From positions 1 to 50,039 of the IMG/VR virus record IMGVR_UViG_3300000944_000001: DNA of 50,039 bases; one strand, given 5' to 3'. The notes under the pieces were generated by a model. It saw nothing but the letters and a program-made list of their open reading frames with translations, ran no database searches and had not been told where the DNA came from. Positions 16,181 to 24,309 of this stretch are shown here, one piece after another. Origin of the DNA: a virus. Positions within the stretch are counted from its first letter, which is position 1; each line of letters begins with the position of its first letter. Made by a program: the position numbers and the translations under genes.

Positions 16181-16723
16181 ATGAGTGAACTTAATTTTGA
16201 TGACATGGATTTTGAAGACGTGAATTTTGGCCCTTCGGTCAAAGAGGATGGAAACTTGACCGTCAATATCGGCAAGTCTGTTTCAAAAGGTGATAAATTA
16301 AATATGTCCATCATGATGAAGGCACCATTTGCAAAGAAATTTGGTTATGAAATTGATATGCCTCTTGGGTTTCAATTTGCTAAAGCTGGCGATGATTTCT
16401 TTTTCCGCCTGCCGAAAATTGAGGCGTCACACGCCAAGCTTAGAAAATGGGGGACGGGTGATAAGTTACGGGTGATGTTTTCTAACATTAAAGACCCTGG
16501 CATTAAAAAAGGCCGTTATGTTTTCAATGAAGTTGAGACAAGCCGTGATGCGATTGTGTTTAAACTTGACAGAAAAGCGGATGTTTCAAACTATATTCGT
16601 AAACAAATCATTGACGCTTACCAAGATGACGGCTCTAGTTTTGGCGAACTCTCAAATGATTTTGGGCTTGATGAAGAGATTATTCGTGAAGTTTTGATTG
16701 AAGAAAAAGTCATCACATCATGA
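16181..16723 (+). CDS. Hypothetical protein (acidic N-terminus)
   Basis: 180-aa ORF with GGAG upstream. It is the first gene of a block that is lower in GC by eye. Confidence 0.6.
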   Translation: MSELNFDDMDFEDVNFGPSVKEDGNLTVNIGKSVSKGDKLNMSIMMKAPFAKKFGYEIDMPLGFQFAKAGDDFFFRLPKIEASHAKLRKWGTGDKLRVMFSNIKDPGIKKGRYVFNEVETSRDAIVFKLDRKADVSNYIRKQIIDAYQDDGSSFGELSNDFGLDEEIIREVLIEEKVITS

Positions 16724-16989
16724 AAAAAACAGAACAACATTGGGCCATTGAATATAGCAGTTCTCGTGATTCTTGGCTTTGCAGTAGGATTTGCCGCACC
16801 CGATCAGAGGCAATTTCATATTTTTGCTGGCATTGGCAGCGAGAGGTTGATTTAGATGCAAGTTATTCACTGGCGACCTTTTCAAATGATGCGGAGCTTC
16901 GGGGTAAATTTTGGCGGCGGATGAAGGCGTCAAAACATAAAAAAATCAGAGCTGTTAAAGTCACCGTAACTTGGCAGGACTCACCATGA
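16720..16989 (+). CDS. Hypothetical protein
   Basis: 89-aa ORF with ATGA overlaps on both sides. Confidence 0.5.
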   Translation: MKKTEQHWAIEYSSSRDSWLCSRICRTRSEAISYFCWHWQREVDLDASYSLATFSNDAELRGKFWRRMKASKHKKIRAVKVTVTWQDSP

Positions 16990-17192
16990 CTGACATTGAA
17001 AAGCTTGATGATGCCGCTTTGATTAAAATCTATTGGGACAATGCGCTTGATGAACAGCCTATCCCCCCAGATGTCACCGCTGAATTAATCCGTCGCGGTT
17101 TGGCCTTTGAACGTCCCGCAGGCGAAGATGAAAAAGATATGTTTGGCGATTTTGGACCTGAAACAATTATTGAATTGAAGGATGCGCCATGA
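16986..17192 (+). CDS. Small, strongly acidic hypothetical protein
   Basis: 68 aa with about 18 Asp/Glu versus 7 Lys/Arg by hand count. ATGA overlap at both ends. Confidence 0.5.
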   Translation: MTDIEKLDDAALIKIYWDNALDEQPIPPDVTAELIRRGLAFERPAGEDEKDMFGDFGPETIIELKDAP

Positions 17193-17461
17193 CCGAAACC
17201 CCCCTATCAAAAAGAGAGTATATCGCGGCCATGGCCATGCAGGGCTTTCTTGCGGCGTCTGACACCAGATCGTCTGGGGGATGGTTTCAAGATGAGTTGG
17301 CGGCAAAATCTGTTTCTTTCGCTGATGAATTGCTGGCAGCGTTATCGAAGACACCCGCAGCGCCGAAGACACCCGCAGCGCCGAAGACACCCACAGCGCC
17401 GAAGACGCCAGAAAACAAGCTGATTGGTAAAAATGGCGCGGGTAATCCATTCGGACAATAG
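17189..17461 (+). CDS. Hypothetical protein with a KTPAAP tandem repeat
   Basis: The N-terminal REYIAAMAMQGFLA segment is common in small phage proteins. The C-terminal part is encoded by an 18-bp tandem repeat. Confidence 0.6.
   Translation: MTETPLSKREYIAAMAMQGFLAASDTRSSGGWFQDELAAKSVSFADELLAALSKTPAAPKTPAAPKTPTAPKTPENKLIGKNGAGNPFGQ
17347..17409 (+). repeat. 18-bp tandem repeat, 3.5 units (GAAGACACCCGCAGCGCC)
   Basis: Units at 17347-17364, 17365-17382 and 17383-17400 (one substitution), plus a partial unit at 17401-17409. In frame, it encodes (KTPAAP)n. Confidence 0.9.
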
Positions 17462-17471
17462 AGGCAAGACT

Positions 17472-17804
17472 ATGACCACAGACAACAAGACAGATTTGAA
17501 GCCATGCCCGTTTTGTGGCCGAAGTAATCCATCTGTTGACAAACTTAGAACAGGTGCGGTTGTGGTTACTTGTGGATGCAAAGCAAGTATTGTTGCTAGA
17601 AAAGGTGAAAACCACATAGACCTATGGAACACCCGCACCCCCACGGCGGCTGATAAACTGGCAGAGGCTTTGGAAAATATGATTATATTATCCAGTGAGT
17701 TGAACAACCAGACGCGTCATTATTCAAAAGGTTTAAATGATTGCGATGTGTATAACAAAGCCCGCGCCGCCCTCGCAGATTACAGGGCGGGGAAGAAAGG
17801 ATAG
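17472..17804 (+). CDS. lar: Lar-family restriction alleviation protein
   Basis: LKPCPFCG...VVTCGCKASI...IDLWNTR matches the Lar zinc-ribbon pattern. GAGG lies upstream of ATG 17472. Confidence 0.7.
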   Translation: MTTDNKTDLKPCPFCGRSNPSVDKLRTGAVVVTCGCKASIVARKGENHIDLWNTRTPTAADKLAEALENMIILSSELNNQTRHYSKGLNDCDVYNKARAALADYRAGKKG

Positions 17805-17808
17805 GGAT

Positions 17809-18069
17809 ATGAGTAAAGCATTAGAAATGGGTTTAGATTTATGCCTCAAATATCCCTATCATGTCGACACAGAGGGCAGAAAAGATGATTGGCACTACAC
17901 ACCCAAAGATAACGCCGAACACGCCGCTCTTGCAGTTATATGGGATTTTTGTGATAGACGCGGCATAAAGCGAGGCTTTGAAAATATAGACGGCGAGGTT
18001 CGAAAAGAAATTGTTGAAAATACCGCTGAGATAATCAGGCAGTTAATGAAGGAACCCCATGACCACTAA
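17809..18069 (+). CDS. Hypothetical protein
   Basis: ATG 17809 lies 4 nt after the upstream stop. The ORF is open from 17737. Confidence 0.5.
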   Translation: MSKALEMGLDLCLKYPYHVDTEGRKDDWHYTPKDNAEHAALAVIWDFCDRRGIKRGFENIDGEVRKEIVENTAEIIRQLMKEPHDH

Positions 18070-18211
18070 CCCACAAAATCACGTCGAACAGTTAAAGGTT
18101 ATGGCGGCTTATCTGACATCTTGTGGTTGGTCAGTAGTGCCGCCAATGGAATTTAGATTAATGGAATTGTCAAAAACCCAAGTTGATAGGGGGTATCATG
18201 CCATATACTAA
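18059..18211 (+). CDS. Possible 50-aa ORF filling a gap (below the ORF-track cut-off)
   Basis: Hand translation gives MTTNPQNHVEQLKVMAAYLTSCGWSVVPPMEFRLMELSKTQVDRGYHAIY. It overlaps both neighbours slightly. Confidence 0.3.
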   Translation: MTTNPQNHVEQLKVMAAYLTSCGWSVVPPMEFRLMELSKTQVDRGYHAIY

Positions 18212-18608
18212 CTCACAAACAGACAAGCTTATTGCGGATTTACAGGCGGCAGATGAAGGCTCGCGTGAGTTGGATTTAGCCATTCATTCACTGCTGATAG
18301 TTAAGGAGCTTAAACATGCGTCAATAGCAAACGCTACTGATTTAGACGGCAACTATGTGTTTGTGCCTAGCAGAACCACTTCCATAGACGCCGCCATGAC
18401 GACTATGTCAGATATTAGCAATTTCCTAACACTGGAACAAGAAACTAGGTTTGAGAATGGGGAATACAAGGACTATTATCAATGCCTGCAATCCACAGAT
18501 GAAACAGGGATTATATCAAGCGACCACTACCATTGCAAAAATCCAATACACGCAATGTGCAAGGCTATAATCATTTGTTCGCTTAAAGCCATGAAAGCGG
18601 GGGCGTGA
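18198..18608 (+). CDS. Hypothetical phage protein (ABA-sandwich-like pattern, weak)
   Basis: SRELDLAIHSLL...TTSIDAAMTTM...HAMCKAIIICSLKAMKA. ATG 18198. Confidence 0.5.
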   Translation: MPYTNSQTDKLIADLQAADEGSRELDLAIHSLLIVKELKHASIANATDLDGNYVFVPSRTTSIDAAMTTMSDISNFLTLEQETRFENGEYKDYYQCLQSTDETGIISSDHYHCKNPIHAMCKAIIICSLKAMKAGA

Positions 18609-18609
18609 G

Positions 18610-18831
18610 ATGGGCATTCCAAAAACAAAACATAAGCCTGCGCGGCGGCTTCGGCGGTGTGATTGCGGCGGGCGTGGCAAGTTAGTGTCTTTTCAGTCAA
18701 GGGAAGATGAAATGGTTGCATTTGTTGAATGTAGTCTTGGGTGCGGTGCGGCCACAGAGCCTTTATATGATGCCTATGCGCCGATCGATGCGGCAATTTC
18801 TGCTTGGAAAAACCGCGAATTACAGCCCTGA
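18610..18831 (+). CDS. Second Lar-like zinc-ribbon protein
   Basis: CDCGG...VECSLGCGA...IDAAISAWKNR has the same architecture as 17472-17804. Confidence 0.5.
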   Translation: MGIPKTKHKPARRLRRCDCGGRGKLVSFQSREDEMVAFVECSLGCGAATEPLYDAYAPIDAAISAWKNRELQP

Positions 18832-18864
18832 CCATTTTCCTGACGGCAGGAAAATGGTCAATGA

Positions 18865-18899
18865 CCCGCTTGGTGTTAGTCGCCAAGCGGGCTTTTTTG
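18865..18899 (+). terminator. Rho-independent terminator ending the rightward early/accessory operon
   Basis: Stem CCCGCTTGG (18865-18873) pairs with CCAAGCGGG (18883-18891), followed by CTTTTTTG. Confidence 0.8.
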
Positions 18900-18996
18900 C
18901 ACCGCAACCGTGCCGCCATTGCCGCTTGGCATAGCCCATAATGAATGACAGAGCGGCGCGCAGCGCCGATCTGACGCTATTGAATCCCCTGTCTTT

Positions 18997-19486
18997 AAAA
19001 TTCCGCGCAGGCGCATTTTTTGCGCTGCAAAAATTCCGCGACCCCCGTCCCCTTGTGACCATGACCGTGACGCCGTCACATCCCCCGTCCCCTTTTATTA
19101 GCTTCGCAAAGGTTGGGGGGCGGTGCGGCACTGACTATTTTATCAATTTTGGCTATAGGTGACGGGTGTCCGTTTAAAAGCGGCACCAAGGCCAAGCCAT
19201 TGATTTTATGGCAGGCTTTTGGGATTTTGCGGCAATAGGTGACGGTGACGGGTTTTTTTAGATTTTTTTGCTTGGATTTTCAGGGTGCGGGGGATTGACC
19301 ATGACATGGTCATGTCAAACCAGAAAAATGCAAAATAATTATAGTTTTTGCGAATATTGCGTCACTGCGTCACTTTTAAGGTGTTTATATGTGTTTTAAT
19401 TTTATTAAGAGATTGAAAACAAAGCTTAAAAACTTGGTGACGGTTTTGGTGACGGTTTTGGTGACGGTGTCGAAAAAAGGTGACGG
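18997..19486. repeat. Iteron- and palindrome-dense region with no convincing coding signal upstream of 19389 (candidate cos and/or ori and/or regulator array)
   Basis: GGTGACGG at 19158, 19238, 19244, 19436, 19448, 19460 and 19479. Palindromes at 19067-19079 and 19296-19312. 13-bp repeat CCCCCGTCCCCTT at 19042 and 19082. AAAATTCCGCG at 18997 and 19030. GCGTCAC twice at 19359-19373. Confidence 0.8.
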
Positions 19487-19760
19487 TGATTGGAATTGGG
19501 GTTTGGCGGTTCTGTTAGGTCTTTTTGGGTTTTCGGCTGGTGTCTTGGTTTGTTTTGAATTTGGTTTCGTTCAGGTTCGCGGCCCTGAAGTGCCTGAATT
19601 GGTTTTGCGGATTGATGCCGAGTGTCAGCGGGCTTTGACGGCTGAAACGCTGCCGTCAGGGTTTTGTCGCCAGATGGCATGGGACGCGGCCAATGTCATT
19701 CACAGCGCGGATTGTATAGTTTGCCTTGCGGCGCAGGCGGGCGATTATGTCAAAGATTAA
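19389..19760 (+). CDS. Questionable ORF (membrane-like) overlapping the 12-bp iterons
   Basis: AAGGTG lies 5 nt upstream of the ATG. The iterons translate as LVTVLVTVLVTV and a GT-rich tract gives a TM-like segment. This could be a real gene or an artefact of repeat composition. Confidence 0.3.
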   Translation: MCFNFIKRLKTKLKNLVTVLVTVLVTVSKKGDGDWNWGLAVLLGLFGFSAGVLVCFEFGFVQVRGPEVPELVLRIDAECQRALTAETLPSGFCRQMAWDAANVIHSADCIVCLAAQAGDYVKD

Positions 19761-20451
19761 AGGCGGTGGCATCACGGCGGCGCAGATTGCGGCGGCTCTG
19801 TCTGGCATTGGTCATGCGGTTTGGCTGGTGCAGCCTAAGTCACCCGATGAAACCACGACATCTTGGAAAAAGCGAAAGCGAGCGCGCAAGGCTTATCTGA
19901 AGGATTTGTCTGGTGAAGACATGACTGACCTGCGGGCTGATGAAGTCTGGGATGATATGCTTGCCGCGATGGGGTCGCGGGCTTTGCCGACTGGCCTGCG
20001 GGCGGCGCGATCTGCTACGGTGACAGGATATGGTCACGGCGTTAGGTTGTCGCATGAACTGCCCGCTGCGGTGAAACAGTTATCGGCCAAGGGGATTTTG
20101 ACTAAGCAAGATTGTGACATGGCTGCGCGCTTCATTGCGGATTGGGAACTTGCCTATTTGTCAGAGGCAAGAATGACCGGGCGATATGAGGCTGCGATTG
20201 GCGGCGGCGGTGGCGGCGTTCCTGAAACAAAGGCGGCGGTGATTGATGCGCGGGCGCGGTGCGAAAAGGCGAAAAAGAAAATGCCAAATGCGTGTTGGGA
20301 AGTTCTTGTTCAGATGTTGACGATGGATGTTGCACAGGTTGAAGTCAGCGGTGATGTCGCGCGGCGCTATAGTTCTGCGAAAGCGCGGCGTTATGGCGCT
20401 GGTGTCCTGCTATGTGCGGCCCTTGAAACTTTAGTGGATATTTATTCTTGA
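19747..20451 (+). CDS. Hypothetical protein upstream of the terminase genes (possible DNA-binding or regulatory role)
   Basis: 234-aa ORF from ATG 19747 containing a GGGGGG linker. It is the first convincing ORF after the repeat region. Confidence 0.65.
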   Translation: MSKIKGGGITAAQIAAALSGIGHAVWLVQPKSPDETTTSWKKRKRARKAYLKDLSGEDMTDLRADEVWDDMLAAMGSRALPTGLRAARSATVTGYGHGVRLSHELPAAVKQLSAKGILTKQDCDMAARFIADWELAYLSEARMTGRYEAAIGGGGGGVPETKAAVIDARARCEKAKKKMPNACWEVLVQMLTMDVAQVEVSGDVARRYSSAKARRYGAGVLLCAALETLVDIYS

Positions 20452-20646
20452 CGTGGTGACCCACCTTGACTTAGTTGTCAGTTATTCCTGAAAATTGCGA
20501 GAATTTTTCTAAGTTTTGACCGAATGGGTCCTTACTTTTCGAAAAAAACGTATATGGTGTCCTAAGGCAAGTAAGTTTTGAAATTTTCAAACTTTCAAAA
20601 AGCCTTGCACTTTCAATGACTTGCGCTTTTCACATTGCCGCATCTG

Positions 20647-21351
20647 ATGACAAAACCAGTTCATATCCCCAAAGAACCAGTAAGCCTGACGGCCGCCGCA
20701 CGTCTTGTGACAGAGATTGAAGGCATGAAGATCAGTCGCCAGGGCCTGACTGAATATCTTGAAAAGCACAACGTCCCGATGGTCCAAGTCGGCAAGCGGC
20801 GCAAAGTCCTGATGTCCGAAGTCATCAAGGCGCGCGAGAATTTCACCCGCGAAGTCATGCGCGGTCAGCACATCAAGCCCGGCCCCGCCGCCGAAGCCGC
20901 GCCCGCATCCACTGAACCAACCACCCTTGATGTGGCCCGCGATGCCAAAGCCCGCAAAGAACAAGCCCAAGCCGAAAAGGCTGAACTTGAACTGGCGCGT
21001 CAAAAAGAACAGCTTGTCAGCGCCCCCGCCGCCGAAGCGGCCGCCGCATCCGCCATGATGTCAGCCAAAGCTTTCCTAATCGGCCCCGCGATTGGCCAAT
21101 CCGCTGACGCCTTGATCACCGCTTTGGACCTGCCTGAAACCGCCAAGCGCGAAATTGAACCTTTGCTTGGCACCACATTCCGCGAAATGATGACCAAGCT
21201 ATCCCAGAACATGACAGATGAATTTTCACGCTTGAACACATCAATTGGCGCAGGCCTGCCTTCGCGCCTTGAAATCCTAACCGCCGAAGCCGCCCGGCTT
21301 GGCGACCTGGACAATGCTGCGCTGACTAAGGAACTAGCCCGCCATGGCTAG
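20647..21351 (+). CDS. terS: Terminase small subunit (Nu1-like, N-terminal HTH)
   Basis: VSLTAAARLVTEIEGMKISRQGLTEYLEKHNVP, then a charged coiled-coil region. Its stop overlaps the terL start by 8 nt. The ORF is open from TTG 20635. Confidence 0.7.
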   Translation: MTKPVHIPKEPVSLTAAARLVTEIEGMKISRQGLTEYLEKHNVPMVQVGKRRKVLMSEVIKARENFTREVMRGQHIKPGPAAEAAPASTEPTTLDVARDAKARKEQAQAEKAELELARQKEQLVSAPAAEAAAASAMMSAKAFLIGPAIGQSADALITALDLPETAKREIEPLLGTTFREMMTKLSQNMTDEFSRLNTSIGAGLPSRLEILTAEAARLGDLDNAALTKELARHG

Positions 21352-23560
21352 ACTCTCCAAAAAGACCTTGACCCGCGCGCGCGCCGCCGCCGCCAAACTA
21401 TATGCGCCCCTTGCTGGTTTGGCCGTGGCGGCTGCGATTATCATGCCCGCTATGGCCGCCGCCGCCATTCCACCAACACTGCGCGATGTAGAACAATGGT
21501 CCATCGAGGAACGCATCATCCCCGCTGAATCTGGCACACGTTTCGCAGGCCCCTATAACCCAAACCTAATTCCGTTCCTTGGCGACATCATGCGCGCCTG
21601 TTCACCGCAACACCCATCCAGCACCGTCACCATCCTCGCCTCTGCCCAATGCGGCAAGTCCACAATCGGCGAAAGCGTTATTGGTCACCGCATCCAAGAT
21701 GACCCTTGCGGCATTGTCGCGGTCTTGCCGTCCCATGAAGAGGCCATGAAATATTCCGAAGTTAAGATTGAAAACATGATCAACGCTTCGCCTGGTCTTG
21801 CCCGCTGCGTCTTTAGCGGTCACGGCAAGTCTGGTTCCAAGGTGATGCGCAAACGCTTCAAAGGCGGCTATCTGCAATTTGCATCCGCCACCGCATCCAA
21901 GAACTTGCAGATGTTGACCTTCGGCCTTGCCGTCAATGAAGAGGTGTCCGAATGGCCGCGCAAGGCTGGTGACCGCGGCGACCCGCATGAACAGGTCCGC
22001 GCGCGCGGCATAACATACGGGTCAAAATTCAAAGAAGTCAACATATCCACGCCCGCCAAATCTGGAACCTGCAAACAAACTGAACTGTTCATGTTGGGAA
22101 CGCAGCGTTATTTGTTCTGGCAATGTGTCCATTGTGGTGATTGGTATCACCTGCGCTTTGAACATATGGAGCGTTACCAAGGCCGCGCCATTGTCAATGC
22201 CCCATGTTGCGGGACAATCACTGAACATAAAGACAAAGCGGCCATGGCCAAGACCGCCCGCTTCATTCCGCTTTTCGTGTCTGAATACCCTGACAATCCC
22301 CTGCCCTTCGCAACCACAACGGATGAAGACGGCCAAACCAAGCTTATTGATTGGGTCATCCGCGATGCCGATATTGACACGGCCTATAGCCGCCGCCTCG
22401 AAGGCCGCGACGAATCCTATCGTTATTGGCAAGCCATGGTGCCGCTGCCTGACCAAACATGGATACAAATATTAGACAAATATGACGCGGCCGAAGGTGA
22501 CCCTGAAAAGCTGGCGACATTCTCACAACAAACCCTTGGCGAAGCCTTTGAACTGGCGACCAAGCGGCCGAAGTGGAAAAAGCTGCTTGAACTCAAAGGC
22601 GGCGCGCCGCGCGCCAAGACCGCACCCATTCACCGCCGCCGCATCCCAAATTGGGCGGGCTTTGTCACAATGTCCGCTGACCTTCAAGGCATCCATGGCG
22701 AATGGGCCGCTTATGCCCATGGCCCCAATGGCATGGTGGCCTGCATTGATCACGGCATCATTGCGATTGACCCGCTTCAAGATGCCTTTTGGACGGAACT
22801 GCGCGTGGTCTTTGGCACCCGTTGGGAATCAGACCACATGCGTCCGCAAGTCGCCATCCGCTATGGAGTCGACACAGGCGGCAAACAAACACAAACCGCT
22901 TATGACTTCATCAGGTCCAACCCAGATGTTCACGGCATTATGGGCATGAAGGGCGCATCCGCCCGCTTCAACCGCCCTTGGCAACGCAAGAAAGCGGGCC
23001 GCATCAAAACCGCCGATGGCCGCGACACAGAACAGCGCGTTGAACTGCTACAAATCAACACCCATCTTTATAAGAAACTGTTCTATGTCGCACTTAATAA
23101 TTCCATTGAAGCTTTTGCTAATGAAGAATTGACCAAAGGCGCGCATTTCTTTTTTCACCCTGAAACCGATGAAGCGTTCTTTAAGCAAGTCACGGCTGAA
23201 TATCTCTATGAAGACAAAGCCAAAGACATTGAAAAATGGGTCGCCGTTCCAGGCCAAAGTTCCAATGAACAATTGGACCTTGCCGTCTATGGGATGTGTC
23301 TGGCGGATGTCGCAGACCTTGGCCGCTTAACCACTGAAGATTGGACCAACCATTTCATCCGCGAAGCCATTGACCCCAAGACCGTCAACATGGGTCCGCT
23401 CGAAGCCTTGATGCAAGCTGGCGATGAAAAGGCCGCGCGTCTGCCGCGTCACCGCGATTTGGCGGACCTGCCAACCGAAGACCACACCACCGAAGCGGCC
23501 ACTGAAGGCCGCGCCATCACCAAGCCAAATTGGCTGACCAAAGGGATAAACAAAGAATAA
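21344..23560 (+). CDS. terL: Terminase large subunit, lambda GpA family
   Basis: 738 aa. Walker A-like ILASAQCGKST and a zinc-ribbon-like WQCVHCGDWYHL...APCCG. Followed by W and a lambda-type portal. Confidence 0.88.
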   Translation: MARLSKKTLTRARAAAAKLYAPLAGLAVAAAIIMPAMAAAAIPPTLRDVEQWSIEERIIPAESGTRFAGPYNPNLIPFLGDIMRACSPQHPSSTVTILASAQCGKSTIGESVIGHRIQDDPCGIVAVLPSHEEAMKYSEVKIENMINASPGLARCVFSGHGKSGSKVMRKRFKGGYLQFASATASKNLQMLTFGLAVNEEVSEWPRKAGDRGDPHEQVRARGITYGSKFKEVNISTPAKSGTCKQTELFMLGTQRYLFWQCVHCGDWYHLRFEHMERYQGRAIVNAPCCGTITEHKDKAAMAKTARFIPLFVSEYPDNPLPFATTTDEDGQTKLIDWVIRDADIDTAYSRRLEGRDESYRYWQAMVPLPDQTWIQILDKYDAAEGDPEKLATFSQQTLGEAFELATKRPKWKKLLELKGGAPRAKTAPIHRRRIPNWAGFVTMSADLQGIHGEWAAYAHGPNGMVACIDHGIIAIDPLQDAFWTELRVVFGTRWESDHMRPQVAIRYGVDTGGKQTQTAYDFIRSNPDVHGIMGMKGASARFNRPWQRKKAGRIKTADGRDTEQRVELLQINTHLYKKLFYVALNNSIEAFANEELTKGAHFFFHPETDEAFFKQVTAEYLYEDKAKDIEKWVAVPGQSSNEQLDLAVYGMCLADVADLGRLTTEDWTNHFIREAIDPKTVNMGPLEALMQAGDEKAARLPRHRDLADLPTEDHTTEAATEGRAITKPNWLTKGINKE

Positions 23561-23562
23561 TC

Positions 23563-23838
23563 ATGGCCCGTTCAAACTTATCCGAATGTCAGAAATTGGC
23601 CCGCCAAATCGAAGAATTAGAAGACACCCTTCACAGCAATGCCGTGGAAGGCCGCATCGCATCTATCCAAACGGGGTCTGAAACAACTGGATTCTTCACC
23701 CCATCCGAAGCCCAAATCCGCCAACAACTTCGCAGCGTTCAACAAAAATACAACCGCATGTCTTGTGATGTTGTCCTTGGCAAAACAGGCAGCGCCGCTG
23801 CCACCGCATCTCGCGCACCTATTAGGCCCAGATTTTAG
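23563..23838 (+). CDS. gpW-like head-tail joining protein
   Basis: 91 aa, 2 nt after the terL stop, which is the lambda W position. It shows the pattern LEDTLHS...ASIQTGSETTGFFTPSEAQIRQQL. Confidence 0.6.
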   Translation: MARSNLSECQKLARQIEELEDTLHSNAVEGRIASIQTGSETTGFFTPSEAQIRQQLRSVQQKYNRMSCDVVLGKTGSAAATASRAPIRPRF

Positions 23839-23841
23839 AAA

Positions 23842-24039
23842 GTGACTATTATGAAAACCCCCATCATCATTCTCGCCATTGCCCTGATTGTCATTGCCGC
23901 TTTGGTCTTAATCGTCACCAAAGTTTTAAAAGACATGGACACCCCCAACCACCCAACATCAGATGGCAGCGGTCAGGTCCGCCGCGATGAAACTGACATC
24001 ATTGATGAAACCCCGAAGCCCGGCACAGATTACCGCTAG
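23842..24039 (+). CDS. Small single-pass membrane protein
   Basis: PIIILAIALIVIAALVLIV TM segment. GTG 23842 or ATG 23851. Inserted between W and the portal. Confidence 0.5.
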   Translation: MTIMKTPIIILAIALIVIAALVLIVTKVLKDMDTPNHPTSDGSGQVRRDETDIIDETPKPGTDYR

Positions 24040-24075
24040 GCCGCATCTGGCAAATTTTTCAGAAAGCTATTTATT

Positions 24076-24300
24076 ATGGAACCATCAAACATCACCCCTA
24101 AAGACAAATTTACTGTTACGTCAATAATCCAAATCCAGACGCTTGGCTTGGATAATGATTTGCCATCTGCTAGGGTTGAATTAGCACTGTCTTCACCAAA
24201 CCCCACCGGCTCTCTTAAATTAATAACTATTGATACCGAAGACCCTGAAACCTTTGCTCTTGGTAAAGAGTTTCAAATCGACATCACGTCTGTTGATTAA
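24076..24300 (+). CDS. Hypothetical small protein
   Basis: 74-aa ORF between W and the portal. Confidence 0.5.
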   Translation: MEPSNITPKDKFTVTSIIQIQTLGLDNDLPSARVELALSSPNPTGSLKLITIDTEDPETFALGKEFQIDITSVD

Positions 24301-24309
24301 TCAACACTC

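Noticed and set aside
17085-17707. Minus-strand ORFs of 176 and 121 aa with ALRVSS and CGCLRR repeats
   Set aside because: They are antisense to four well-packed plus-strand genes. Their repeats are simply the reverse translation of the 18-bp tandem repeat.
18820-19162. ORFs of 67-103 aa on both strands inside the repeat hub
   Set aside because: There are no ribosome sites, the composition is skewed (Arg/Pro/Gly), and they overlap each other and the terminator. The region is better explained as non-coding repeats.
19433-19490. Phased 12-bp repeats considered as a CRISPR-like array
   Set aside because: The units are only 8-12 bp, directly abutting with no unique spacers, and no cas genes are present. 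They behave like iterons or binding sites.
20587-21003. 138-aa minus-strand ORF overlapping the small terminase gene
   Set aside because: It is a Gly/Phe-rich shadow of the terS coding strand and would point against the late operon.
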